Assembly: GCA_965202585.1 (NCBI GenBank)
Contig: OZ241829.1
Span: 20,708,001 to 20,772,000 of the forward strand
Direction of reading: 5' to 3'
Source of the DNA: Thalia democratica
Taxonomy: Eukaryota
Length of the DNA: 64,000 nucleotides
Under the pieces are notes generated by a model. The model was not told the origin of the DNA and did no database searches. It was given only the letters and a program-made list of their open reading frames with translations. Positions within the stretch are counted from its first letter, which is position 1, and each line of letters starts with the position of its first letter. Made by a program: the position numbers and the translations under genes. Below are positions 47,557 to 60,726 of this stretch, in pieces.

Positions 47557-50500
47557 ACTGTATAGAAAATAGTAAATATAGTAATAACTGGTTTCAACAT
47601 AAAAAAAAACTTCTCGCTGTAAGAGCTATAAATGTCTTAATCAATTTATTTTTACTTTTATCATATAATACAAGTTTTTAATTTTAATGTTTGGAACTCA
47701 CAAGTATTTTTTTTAGCCTTATTACGTTCCTATTGCACTTACGTACTTTTGTACAACTTACTTGCGCTACCTACCGGTAAAGTTTAGAATTTATGGTAAT
47801 GCTTTTAAATGTTAAGCCAAATGGTTTTAGTAAATGTATTAGCACTTAAAGTATCTAGTTTCTGTTTATTTATGCGAACTTGCTTGCACTGCTGTAATTT
47901 GTTTTGAAGTTATTCAATAAACAGCTGTGAATTTATTTAGATTTGTTTTATTCGTACTTTTGTAAATATACTTGGCAAATTTTACAATGAAATTCATTAG
48001 TGGACGACTTGACGACCGAGAAGTCTTTTCGAATACCCAGGATTCTAAATCAATATTATTTGAGATTTTTCATTTTTTTCAGTAAACTTACTATTATGAC
48101 ATCATTTTAAAGTGACCACGAGTATTTAAAATTTATTAAACCTTTTTACTCCTTAAAAATGCATCAAGCTTTGTAAATGCAAACACGACTATTTTTTTCA
48201 TCAATATCAATCAATATATTTTTATACCTGTACGTAGAGTTTTAAAACATTTAAACACAACATCAAAACTTTCAAACTAAAAATACTAATACCTTTAGGA
48301 AAATGTTTTGCTTCAAGAATAAACAATGCAACCACATTCAAAAGTAAACTGAGCTAAATATAAAATCTGTTTCAACTATATTATTCAGCCATGTTATTGC
48401 TATCAACATTTTAGGCTAGGTATAAAATTGTTTTACACAAAGTTTAAAAGTTAGCTTAGGTCTGATTATGAAGTCTTAAAGTAAAGGTTTTTATAAACGC
48501 ACGACATTCTCCTAGTTGGCGGCGATTTTGGCAATCAGTAGTATAAGGACGAAAAATTAAATAGGCAATTAGTCTAGTAAAGGAGCGATTGTTTTTAAAA
48601 ATTCTACCAAATTGACGATTATGAAAATCTGTTTTAGAAAACCTGATTTAAATAAATCAGTTGTTTGATAATTAAAAGACAAAATTTGTTTTAATACCAG
48701 GTTGCAAACTAAAACTTATTATTAAGAAAAAAAAAAGTTTTATTCATCTTTTTAAGCTTGTTTAAAGTTTATTCTATGAAAAATATTTGCTTTGAAAACG
48801 AACTGAAAAAAAAGTAGTTTATCTAAAAAAAGTGTTCTTTAAATTACTTTACTATATTCAAAGAAACTGTGTAACCAAATAGAATTAATTTGATAAAACC
48901 ATCTTAGTTCGCGTGTGAGATTAAATATTTCAATTCATGCAATCATTGCCCATGAATAGAACCAAACGTAAATAGATATTCTTGCGGTTTCTAAAACAAG
49001 TTTGGTACAAAAACAGCGGTTTTGACATCAGAATAGCATCAACTAAGTGCTTGTATAAGGCTGATTTATTTATAATCTGGAGGCACATTCTTGTAAGATT
49101 GATGTTTTGTCAGAATATAAACTTGGATGGTTTTTTATAGGCTAAGTTTTAAGTGAAATAAATAAACGATTTACACATTACAAAAGAATGCCAAAAAAAT
49201 TAGTTATACTTTTGCATATTAGATATAAAAAAAAACATTTTAATTAAACAAAAGCTATTATATCTTTAAAAAAGGTTTTCAAATTGCCTTAGTTTTGTTG
49301 AAAAGGACTGATAACTATTTAAATGCTTAAACTTTAAAACCCTTGCTATTTAAAAGTTAATTTCTTATGAATAAAACGCAAATTCTGCAATAAATACCTA
49401 TTAACAGTGCAAAACACACTTGAAAACAAGTGTGATTAGTTTCTCAAGTACCTTGTGTTTACATAAGCTAAACTGTGCACTTCTTTCTTAACTGTTTATA
49501 AGTGCTAATCAGTTGCTGAGTGAAAATTATAAGAACTATTTGTTAAAAACATTATGAACTTTTAATTAATTATTTTACACTGCACATTCTCATAAAAAAT
49601 ATTTATTAAAAGTTTAACCCGTTTTAATATATCTAAGTCTACTGTGAAGCTATTTCCTTAATACTAATTACTTTTCTTTAAATGTTACTTGAGGTATTCA
49701 GTTTTCAAACCAAGCAATTATGAACTAGGCCAAAGGAAAAATGAGTTTATTTCTCAACAAAGACAAATCGACACGAAAAAGAAGTAAGTGGAATAAGCAA
49801 CACAATAATCCCATATAAGATGAATCTACTTGAATTGTCTTAAAATTCTCACGTTATAAATATTTCGGCACTTCAAATGCACTCTTGAGCGCATCCTTGA
49901 AAAATTTTAATTTTACATAATGCTCAAAAATGCAACTAAAGTTTAAAAGAGAAAAGCATGTTCGATGATTATAAGCGAGATAAAACAGATTTGTTCTTAA
50001 TGATAGTGTAAAGTAGTAATGTATTAAAAGCACAAGCTTTCAAAAAGGATGTGATTAAGATATACGCAAGTACCGTATGATAGAAAGTTTGAAATAATCT
50101 TTGTTTTAGTAAAGTAAAATGGTAAACAGTTGTGACGTCATAATAAAATCATAGTTCGATTACGTCACAGAGACACCATCCAGGCTTCTTCTGTGTTTAA
50201 CTCAAAATGTTTCATAACTCCATTTGATTGTGGCTCTGTTAGTTAAGTAAAAAATATCTTACTAACAGAAAAATTAAAGTAAAATTTAGTTCACACTAGA
50301 TATACTTAAAAAAAATGTTTTAAATTAGAGTTGGTGTTTGTTGTTATTACGTGTGCCGAATAAATAATGCAGCAATTTGTTTTTATAATAACAACGACCA
50401 TTATGAATGTAAAACACGTAAGTTGTTTATAATGCTAACTGCAACAGAGTAGTTCAACTACGTTAAAGCTACTACAGAGTGGTTGGAAGCCCAGGGAGAA

Positions 50501-50688
50501 AAAAAAAGTTACTTTGATAAAACTTTTGATAATACAATAACTATTATTCATTTATGTAACAAAACTGAAAAATTGCAATTTTAAAAACTAATGATCACTG
50601 ATTTTTAACTAATGTTAACAAAAGGTTCAATAATGTTAAAAATTCAGTAACATTAGTAACAATATGTTTTATCGAAAATTAAACAAAA

Positions 50689-53600
50689 CTAACTTTTGTT
50701 TCTTTTCACTTCCACATGACCACCTGCGTTGCCATTGGCAACCGGCTTCTTCCTGGCAACCTTGCTCCTGTCGAATCCCACTGCCCTCGCCACCTTCTCC
50801 ATCTGCTCCTCCCTCCGGGTATTCCCCTCTTCCCTCTTTCTCGTCTTCACCTCCGCTTCGTACTTCTTCTCCGTCAGCGGGCGCATCATCACCCGCTGGA
50901 ACCTGGCCTTCAAATCCTCCTCCTCCGACGACTCGGTGCTCTCTTTCCTAACAGGGGATTTTTCTTCTGGTTTAGGGGGTTTACCGTACAGGTGGTCGGT
51001 CGCAGCGAGCTGGTCCACGATGCTCTGGCGCCCCGGCGCGGAGTTGGTGGAGTCGCGGTGGGTTTTCGGTTCGACTGGGATTTCCGGGATTTCGGGCGTT
51101 ATCATTGGAGTTTTAGGCGATTCGGAGATTCTGATTGGCTGTTTGGGATTTTTCGCGCCGTTTTTAATCAGAAGGGTTTTTGGGGGAGCGGTTTTAGTTT
51201 TAGTCTTCTCATATTTTTTGCCCTGCTCTTCGGATTTTTGCCTCTCGATGCTCTGCTTGGTCACGAGCTCGTCCGTGTAATATTGGATGACCGGGGTCGG
51301 TGTGTTGCGCGCCCTAGCGGATGTTTTATCCTGCGCCGCTTGCTTCTTCAGAGCAGGTTTCTTCCCGTTTTGTCTCGACTTCAAGGATCCTTGAGACTTG
51401 GCCTTGACGGATTTAGGGTTCTTTCTTACTTGGCTTACCTTAATTGCTGACTTTGACACCAGCTTGGGTTGTGCAATCTCTTCCTCTGAAGAGCTTGATG
51501 AAGAAGAATAGGACCTCGTGAACCTCCCGCTCAAAACCGCTTCTTCTATCAGGTTGTCTGCGGAATTGCTCCTTGAGGGCCTTGACGCCGGTCTCGTACC
51601 CAAGATTCTTGCCGCTCTCTCCTCAAGAGTCTCGTTTTTTGGAGGAGGTGGTTTCTGAGACGGGAATTTTCTGTTGAAGAGAGGCGAGTCTCCGACCACC
51701 GAGCTGTCTGAGTCCGATTCAATTTGTTTCTGTTGCATTTGCGAGTTTGCGTTTGTTGGCTTCAGTCGAACGTTCTGGAAACTGTTGCTGCCTTGGGGTG
51801 AGACTCCGTTCAAATTCGTTCTGTTGTTAGTTGACCTCAGTACCACCTTTGGGAACCCGTTTTGTGGACCTTGCGCACTGAAGTTTGAGCTTCTTAGAGA
51901 CACGTTTTGTGGTTTGTTTTTGTAAATACTTCCCGCCACGCTTGTGGGTCTCAACCTAACCTGTTGAAATCCATTTTGCTGGTTGTTTTGTTGAAATCCA
52001 TTTTGCAAAAAGCCATTTTGTTGATTGTTTTGTTGCATAGGGGCCAAGCTTAAATCGTTGTTCCACGACGAAAAGTCCAGTGACTTTGGTCTCGGCTTCC
52101 GTGGTCTCTGGTTCATGGGGACGACTCTTTTGAAAACAGGTGAATCCCCGACTACGCTACCTTCCGATTCCTGCTCGTTGTCAGGGACTACCTGGGTGTT
52201 CAAGTCGTTGCCAGGGAAGTTTTGTGTGTTCAGGGTCAAAGTTGAAGAACTGTACTGTTGATTTAAATTGTGAGGTTTGGTGTTGAAATTATTTACAAAT
52301 TCGGGTTGATGTATGTTGTTTCTTCGAGATATGGTGTTAAATTGGTTGTTATGATTTTGAATTTCTGGTTGACTAAAACTGTTATAGTTGTTATGGTTAC
52401 CAAGCTCAACGGGTTCTTCTTTCGCCGGGGGCCACTGGGGAAGCTGTTTTCTTGCAGCGGCCGGGTTCCTCTCCTTGAAAACGTTCCCGCCGCTCGAGCT
52501 TCCGTTCCTCTGCCTCACTTGGCTCCTTTCGTCCACCCTCCAGTTTGAGCTGCTCAAGCTCGTCTTCCTCAGCTTGACGTTGAACGGACCTTCGCTTGTC
52601 GGTGACGTTCCAGTCGGTTTCAAAACTGCGCGAAAATTCGGCTGCGAGCTCGAAGACTGGTTTTCTGTTGCGGGAGTTTTATTTTCAGGAAAGGGGGTTT
52701 CTCGGTCCCCGTTCAAGATCCCGTTGACCCTGTGAAGCAAGTTCTCCGACTCCATTTTCTCCCTCTCCTGCTTCTCCTTCGCCCTCCTGATTTCCTCCAG
52801 CTCCTCCAGCTGCCTCCTCCTGATTTCTTCCTCCTCCCTCGCCATTTGCTCCTCTTCCCGTCTCATCTCTTCTTCCCTCTCCCTCAGGTCTCGCTCCTGC
52901 TCCTCTCTCAGCATCTCGAGCTCCTCCTCTCTCTTGCGGCGTTCCTCCTCCCCCTTCTGCCGTTTGAGCTCCTGCAAGATAGTCAGAGAATTGATAATCT
53001 TCCTCTGGTGAGACTATTGATTATAACTAGTTGTATTGTAGGAGCATTATAAAATTTTATTAATTTGTCAAAATTGCTAGACTAGTTTTAATACTAAAAC
53101 AGCCGATAAACTTTAAAAGTAAATTTAAACGCAAACAAAAAGTACAGTTAATAAACTTTTAAAACGTTTTTTATGATCCAGTTTGAGTTTGAATCACACA
53201 GTAAAACAAAGTTCTGAGACAAAAGTTATCCTAGTTGTTATGAGGAAACTGAAGTTAGTGTAAAGCATGTACTCCTTTCAACCTGTAATCTATGGGAACT
53301 GGCACTTAGCTCAGTGAGCATTGCTTCTTTACATAAAAAAAAATAAAGTAAAAGAATATCTAGTACCTACAAACCTGTAACCTCTGGGAACTGGCGCTCA
53401 ACTCTGCAAGCATTTCTTCTTTCATCTTTTCAGCTTCCTCAATCTCTTCATCGCTCAACCTCGATATTTCTGAGTCATCTGCAAAAAAAAATACTAGTGT
53501 TAGCAAATATAATTTGTTGTTAAAAACTTAACTGTACTAATTTAAAGTTCAAAATGTGTTTTTTTTTTATTTTTAGTAGTTTTTTTTTTTGATTTTTAAC

Positions 53601-56600
53601 TAAAGTTTTTTTTAAAAGCATGTTGTTGTGTTATATAATATTACTAAACGCGTGAATTGCACAAGTTGTCAGTTTAGTAAACCATCAATAAGTTTATTTG
53701 AATTTTTAATAAGCATTTTAGCTACAACTCTGCGGTCAGAACACGTTTTAAAATACTTTAACATTATTAAAGCTAGTAAGCAAAACAACTATTTGTTTTA
53801 CAAATAAAAAGTTGTACAATTAATTTTCTGAATAGTTTAGTTTAATTTCGATCATCAAAGCGTTTGAAGTTATGATAACTAAAACAAACAAACGAGTAAA
53901 AACATAAGTAGTTTGTTTAATCAACCATAGAAGAGTACTTGTGACATTAAACTACGTTGAAGCTACACATAGTGAGTTTAAACTTAGTAGGAGAAAAACA
54001 AATAATAAACTTTGTTTACGTGTAGTTTTTAAGTTTGGTTATAAAGTTTGATCTTTTTACTTAAACGATGTTTAAGTTTATGCAACTTATCTATGATCAT
54101 CTGCTTGAAACGGAAATGACTCAAACGTAGTAGAATCTTCATTAAAACTTAATTAAGGACTTATTTCTCAGTAAAAACTTTTTAATCCAAATACTTGAGT
54201 TTATTAAATTAAACCAAGTGTAGCCTTTAAACACTTAAACGTTCTAAATATGAATTTTGTTCAATTGACAAAAATTTTATAAAACAATCATTCATTAATT
54301 ATTTATTCAAATAAGATTTACTGATCCATGACTTATTTTAGTTTAAAACAAAATTAAAACAACCTTTAAACAACAAAACCTCAGTTTTTTAGTTTCCACT
54401 GTAAAGTTTATTCTATTTATTTCTAATATTTATATATAAGATTAATTATTTCACAAAAAAGGTTATTGAGTAAATTAAGTGTAACTTTAAATACTTTCAT
54501 TTCTAAAAAAATTAATTCACCTGTAAAAGAACTTTCACCGGTAGATGACGCGCTTTCCTCGTAAATAGTTTCCTTCTCAGGGCTATACAACTGAACCTCT
54601 GCATCTAGCATTTGTTGCTCGCTTACCACTGAAGCGACACCAAGAGATAGGACTGATCTAGGACGAGGTATTGGCGGCTTTATGACGTCACTGTGTGATG
54701 ATCGTGACGATGACGACGTCATGGAAGACATGTCGTCATCTTCGTTTAGGTCGTTTTGGTCTTTTTCTTGTGGAGCTGCGCTTTGGTCGTTTTGGACCTT
54801 CAGTTGGTTATTTTTTTGGGGTTCAGTTTCCTTTTTACTTTCTTCGCCCAAATTTTTATCTTTTGTGCTTTTTACTTTGTCGTCTTTCGTCGGTGGGATT
54901 TTCGGTTTGTCAATCTTCACCGGTCTCAGCATTTTTTTGATTTTTGCGATTTCTTCGTTCACGATTGACGGTTCGCTTTCTTCATCGTCATTCTAAAATT
55001 GAGTTAAGATATAATTATCTTTTGAAATATACTTTTTACTTATATAGTAGAAACAGGTTGCTGTGAAATGCTTTGTACTTAGGTAAAGATGTTTATATTT
55101 ATATTTCGGCAACACACAGCTGTAAAAAACAATTAAAGCTTGTTTTTTACGAAGCTGCTTTGTTGATCTGTTTATGTGTTGTGTGGAAATTTCATATGAT
55201 TGTGTTTGTATTGTTTTATGCAATTTTGGTATAAAATAAAGGCGTCTCAAAGTAACTGCAAAAACATTGAATGTCTTTTTAATCTTCAAAACATTTTGCA
55301 AAGTCTATAAGTAAATAAGATAAACTTTAGATCTAGTAAATAATATGAATAAAAATGCATACTTTTTATTGAACGATAAAGCATTTTTGAACATTTGAAA
55401 ACTTATAATGTACAAATAATCTTTGAATTTTTCAGTAAAACTAATTAAGAAACCATGTGGTATATTTCATATTTGTTTACCTTGATACGGTTTTATTAAA
55501 CCTCAAATATAGTTTGAACATCATTCTTGCATTTAAAAAGCAATTTAAATTAAGATATTAAGCTTATTGTGGTTGTTTTCTCGATTAATGTACAATTTTG
55601 GTCAAAACTAATTTACTGTTAAGTATGATCGATAAACTAAAATGAAGTTTGAAAATCTTTGGCTTAATAAGGTATTTGAAAAAAATGCTGTATTTTGTTA
55701 AAAAAAAAGTAGGTAACTTACAAGAGCTTATACAATAATAAATAGCTTAGAAAACTAAAAACATGATTAAAAGTTTCGTTTAAGTAACTGTACTACAATT
55801 TTATATAAGAACAAAATAGAAAAATGTTTTTAAAAAGCACTGTCAAAATCCTTAATCTTTGTCTATCATTTAAATATAAACATATTTAGTATCTTAAAAC
55901 ATTTTTAGATATCAAACTTAAGAACCTGATTTAAAATATTGAAAACTTTACAAACTTAAAATTTTTCACTTGTTAAACTTGAAACAAAACATAAAGTTCA
56001 AACTTTTTAAGTAGGGGATTTAATTTGACAAAAGTTGTTTAAAAACATGACAACAGTCAAGCAGTAATACAGAATTCAAGCTCAAATCCAGAAAACAACA
56101 AGTTTCTGCTTTAAAAAAAAAGCACTATATGTTCAACAACCTTTTTGTGTGCCTCTGAATCTTTCTCAGCGCTTACAGTTTCACTTGGTGAAAAACAATT
56201 TCTTGGACCATCACCTTCTGAATTTCTCACTTCATTTTCAATGTTTCCAGGGCTGGTCTCCAACGCTGCTGGGTTGTCAGTTTGTGAGGCTTCAACTTCG
56301 TTTCGGTTTTGGGGATTTTCTTTGGGCGGGCTGCTCTCTGAAGCGGTGCTGATGGACTTGGGTCTGGTCAGGCAGAAGAACTTACCTGAGTTTGTCTGAA
56401 AGGAGGTTGCCACGACTGAGTCGCACTCCTTCATAACCATCACTGGTTGCTCGTTCAACTCTGTTGAAGGATAATTGTAATTCGATAATGGATTATAAAT
56501 CTAATTTAGACATTTATAAATTGTTTACAGCATAAACATTTGTTTAAATAAAACTAGTTTATTGTGCACAAAAAAGGTTCCAAGATGAACAAACATTTTC

Positions 56601-59600
56601 AAACGACGATATTTGTGTTTTTCTATTAATAAAAATATAAACAAACACTAGTAAACACGCTATATTTTTTTTATTAAGTAATAAAATTAATTATTGATAA
56701 AAATGTAACAATCATAGGTTGTTTATTAAGTTCTCTGTGTTAAAAATAGTTAGGTAAAATGTTTTCAAATTCTATTCAGTGATTAACATAATAAAATTTA
56801 CTACTAGAAGCGTAATTGCGTATTCTAATTTAAAAAAATGCATAGAAATTTGAAACGATATTTTCTTTGTTTTAATAAACAAAAATTAATTCTTTTTCAA
56901 GTTTTACAAATACTTGAACTTAAACAAGTCGTAAATTTTATTTCAATAACTGCCTTTTTTGTGTACTTAAATAAATAATAATTAAATTCAATAGTTCTAA
57001 TTTTGAACATAAATAAAAGTATATGTAAGTTGTTTGTAAACTCTTTTTTATAATATGAAACGTGATATGCCTACTTATTACACTCCAAGCCGTCTACTAA
57101 AAAAATTTTTAAGTCAAAAGTTAATTCTTAAGAACACTTTAAAAGTCCATGACTGAGTTTGCAAATTCTTAATCGGGTTAACTTAAGTTTTTGCTGCTAC
57201 TTAAGTAAAGTTCTGCTCGAAAAACTTAAAAATCACGTATGTAGATTACAATTGTCAAGGTTTTCTGTTCACGCATACTTAAATAAATCTTTTAAACTTT
57301 CACTCACTAGATTATTTTTGATGAAAATTATGTTCGGTTATCAGTTTTAATAAATAAATGAGTATTTTTGACCTTTTTTGCTAGTTAACCATTTTAACTT
57401 GCGAATATGTCGTGGTTAAATATTAATTTGTCAAACGCATGCATTGCTTTAAGGCATGATAATACTTTTTTTTGATCGATATGAAGCAAATCTATGGTTA
57501 CAATAAACTTTTCATTTCACGTTTTAAAAGTTAACGACTTGTTTTAAACTATGCAATTTTTTATTAACAAAAATGCGAAACTTTTTATAAGTAAATGAAA
57601 GACTTCATTTGAAATATCAACATGTGGAGTTTACTATTGAATTAAAAAATAAGGTTTCTGCACAAGTTTAAGTAAGGTTACTGAGAAAGTCTACATTTTA
57701 AACTGAACATACCTAGCAGTTTTTAAAATTAAAAGCTAGAATGCAGCTTCGTACAACGTTTAGATTAAGATTCAGTTCAAACTTTTAAAAACTAGTAGTT
57801 GATTTTTAAAGACTTAGAGTGTACAATATTTTTTCAGGGTATTTTATTTGAGCATAGTTTGACAACGGAGCAAACATTTTAAATTAAACTTTTTGTAGAA
57901 TAGTTAAAAAGAAAAACATAATAAATATTTAATGCAAATTTTAGTGAAATGAACAGCTTTAATATTTTATAAACAGGTCATAAAACAAGTAGGCTAAAGT
58001 TTAAAAGTTTAATAAATTATGGAGAACCAATAAATAAAAAATACTGGATGTAAAATTAAATGCACAACTTTATATTTTAGCACACTTGTATGTAAAAAAC
58101 GTAGATATTATACATCTACACACGGACTTGATCTTATCTACGCTTAGACATTTGCATGTAGGTTGAAAAAGGTTTACTTGAACTTAAAATGAAGCCAAAC
58201 AAAACAACAAATATGCTTATTGTAATTTTCTTATTGCATAACACTTACATATAAGACAATAAGCAAGTTTAAAAAGGGTGTTCTTGTTTAAATTGTACTT
58301 TAAAAAGTTTAAATTACTTAGGCTTGCTCCTTAAATTGAAACTTTAATTGGGCAATTTCGATTTGTGATCTGTCCCATGGCTAAAATTTTTGACAGAACA
58401 AAACGTTTAAGTACAAAACAAGTGAATTAACTTTTTGGAAAATATTTTTTTGATCTAGTTTTATTTTATCTTTAGTTATGTAACGTAGTTTTAATGGAAT
58501 TTAAACATGTTTTATGAAGCATACTTAATAAAAGCAAATTATATTTTTTCTCGTTGTTTAAAAAAATGTAATTTATGGTAGGTAATGAATTTATTAAAAT
58601 ACTTATTGACTAATAAGAAACAAAAGTTTACTAAATATAAATAACTTGTTAAGTTTGCTTTATATTATTGTTGATAAATTCTGGAAAATATAGTTTTAGT
58701 GCTTTACTTAATTTACTTTTGTTGTGGTTTATAGTCAACTAATAGCATACTTTTATTAAAAAAACTATAATACTGCACTAGTTCAATGTACTTTAAACGA
58801 ACACAACTTAATATTTATGTTACTGTAGCAAGGTTTTAGTATGTGTTTGTAATAAGTAGCCATTATTACAACACATACAATTGTTCTATAAAACAAGCCA
58901 TCCAAACTAACTTTTTGTGTATATTTAACTTTTAACGACAAAAATAACAGTAAAACAATACAACAAACTTTAACAATATAATAATAAAAATGGAAAAGCT
59001 GTACAACGTTGAGATATGGTTATAATAAAATTTTTAATATAAATTTTTATTGTCATTAGCACCATTGATCTGCATACTACCGAATGCAAAAATGCAAAAA
59101 AAATCTTAATAAAGGCTTTTGGAAAGAAAATATTTTTTTTAAGTATTCAAACTTAACGCAATAAACTAGTGAAGGGTTTAATAAAAGAGAAAAATAAAAT
59201 ATTTTTAGTAAAAATATACCGGCGTATTTATTCAATAAACCAGCCGTGGCATAGAGACTAGTGAATAAAAAGCTGTGAAAAATCGATAACTTCTATACCT
59301 TTCCCTTTTCGCTACTGTGCGCGAAAAGTTTGAAAATTTATAAGTTGGCTTTGGTGTTTATGGCCAGATTGAATTAGTTCTGATGTTTCAATTTTTATTT
59401 TTGAAACGTTGAGTTTTTTGTTGGTGAGAAGTGAAAAAAAAATAAAAACTTTCTGAATTAAAAAGACTTTATTCACCAAAAACTTTTAAATTCAGAAAAA
59501 AAGAAAGAATAAAGAACTGTTTTAAAAGGTTAACTTTGTTCCACAATGACAAAAAATTGTATAAAACAAAATAAAACACATAAATTGTTTGTATTAGAGA

Positions 59601-60726
59601 AAAACATAACAAGCTTACAAAATCTTAGAATTAGTTATGCAAAGAAAATCTTACTCATAACTGCATTACTTATGCACAAAATGTGCTTTTCTTTAAGTAT
59701 ACATAACAGCTTATGTATTACAAAACGAGATTAGATCTGCATCCGATACAAAGGAATATATATTTCATGGTAATATCATTCAAAACAACAAGGTTCTCTA
59801 CAAGGGTACAGTGAATCGATTACTTATGTAAAAATATTCTCATTTTGACTCATATTCGTAAAGGTAGCCGATATTATGCGAAACAATTTATTAATCATAG
59901 GTGATCGTTTGTATTGTGAAGTACTTTAAGAGTTGCTAAAGAGCATATAAGGGAAAAATGTCAAAGATTTGCTGTTTAAATATTTCTGAGTCATCTAATT
60001 TGTGTCACTTGACCGTTTTAAACTATTGTTGTGCTAAGCTGTAACTTTATAAGTTGCCACTTGTTTTGCTAGATTATTGGATTGAATTACGTTAGATTTT
60101 TAGTTTTATAAATGTTCCCAGGCTTTAAGCAGCTAATAAATGAAGTCAATCTAGACTTTTATGCACAGATTGATCTAAAGAGAAAACAAAAGCTTTAGTC
60201 TGTTGAAATTTTTAAACTGTTTAGTTCATCTCAAAAAAATATTTTTCGATACAACTTTAGCTATAATTTTAAAAGTTTAAAATACACTGTAGCAGAATGG
60301 TAAAAAAATATTAGTTTTTATCAAGTTTGGTTTTTATATTTTACACAATCTCTATTTTTTATTCTATGCAATTATCTTTATCATATACGTAATTTTTTCC
60401 GAACTTTCATTAATTTTTTAACAACGTAATAAAAAAATTAACAAACTTTTTGCTTCTTTCAGCCCCAGGTTCACTTTCTCCCCTCCATTAACGAAGTTTG
60501 TTTCCTCCGCAATCGCTATGACGTCATTGAAGCTGCTTCCGGTGAAGGAGGACCTGTCGAGGGTGGCAAACGACTTGCGGTTCGACCACGTTGTGGTGCT
60601 TGGAGGTCTGGGGTGGCTGCCATGGTAACTGAACCGGTTACCAGGGTTACCATGGGAATTGCCACTAGGGGGATGTAGAAGGTTTGCTGTGGGGTCCTCG
60701 CTAATCATTCCTATCGAGCTCGGTGT
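50689..60726 (-). CDS. 5'-partial, largely disordered protein (about 1150 aa in the window) with an ER/K-rich helix; function unknown, possibly cytoskeleton-associated
   Basis: Phase-consistent exons (minus): 60726-60447, 56460-56141, 54992-54521, 53478-53375 and 52971 to 50710 (donor) or 50689 (stop). Exon 60726 starts at an acceptor, and no upstream exon was recognised before 64000. A possible terminal exon starts at 50190. No globular domain was recognised. Confidence 0.8.

Noticed and set aside
50130-50190. Definite terminal exon of the minus-strand gene (KKPGWCLCDVIEL* or EEAWMVSL*)
   Set aside because: Plausible, but the donor and frame are ambiguous and the large exon also reaches its own stop at 50689; left unresolved.
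50664-52735. Long plus-strand ORFs (50716-51450, 50729-51280, 52388-52735 and others)
   Set aside because: Antisense shadows of the GC-rich minus-strand exon, with no independent splice or domain evidence.
54300-54320. Partial similarity to the spliced leader (TTATTCAAATAAG)
   Set aside because: Short, mismatched and AT-rich, so expected by chance.
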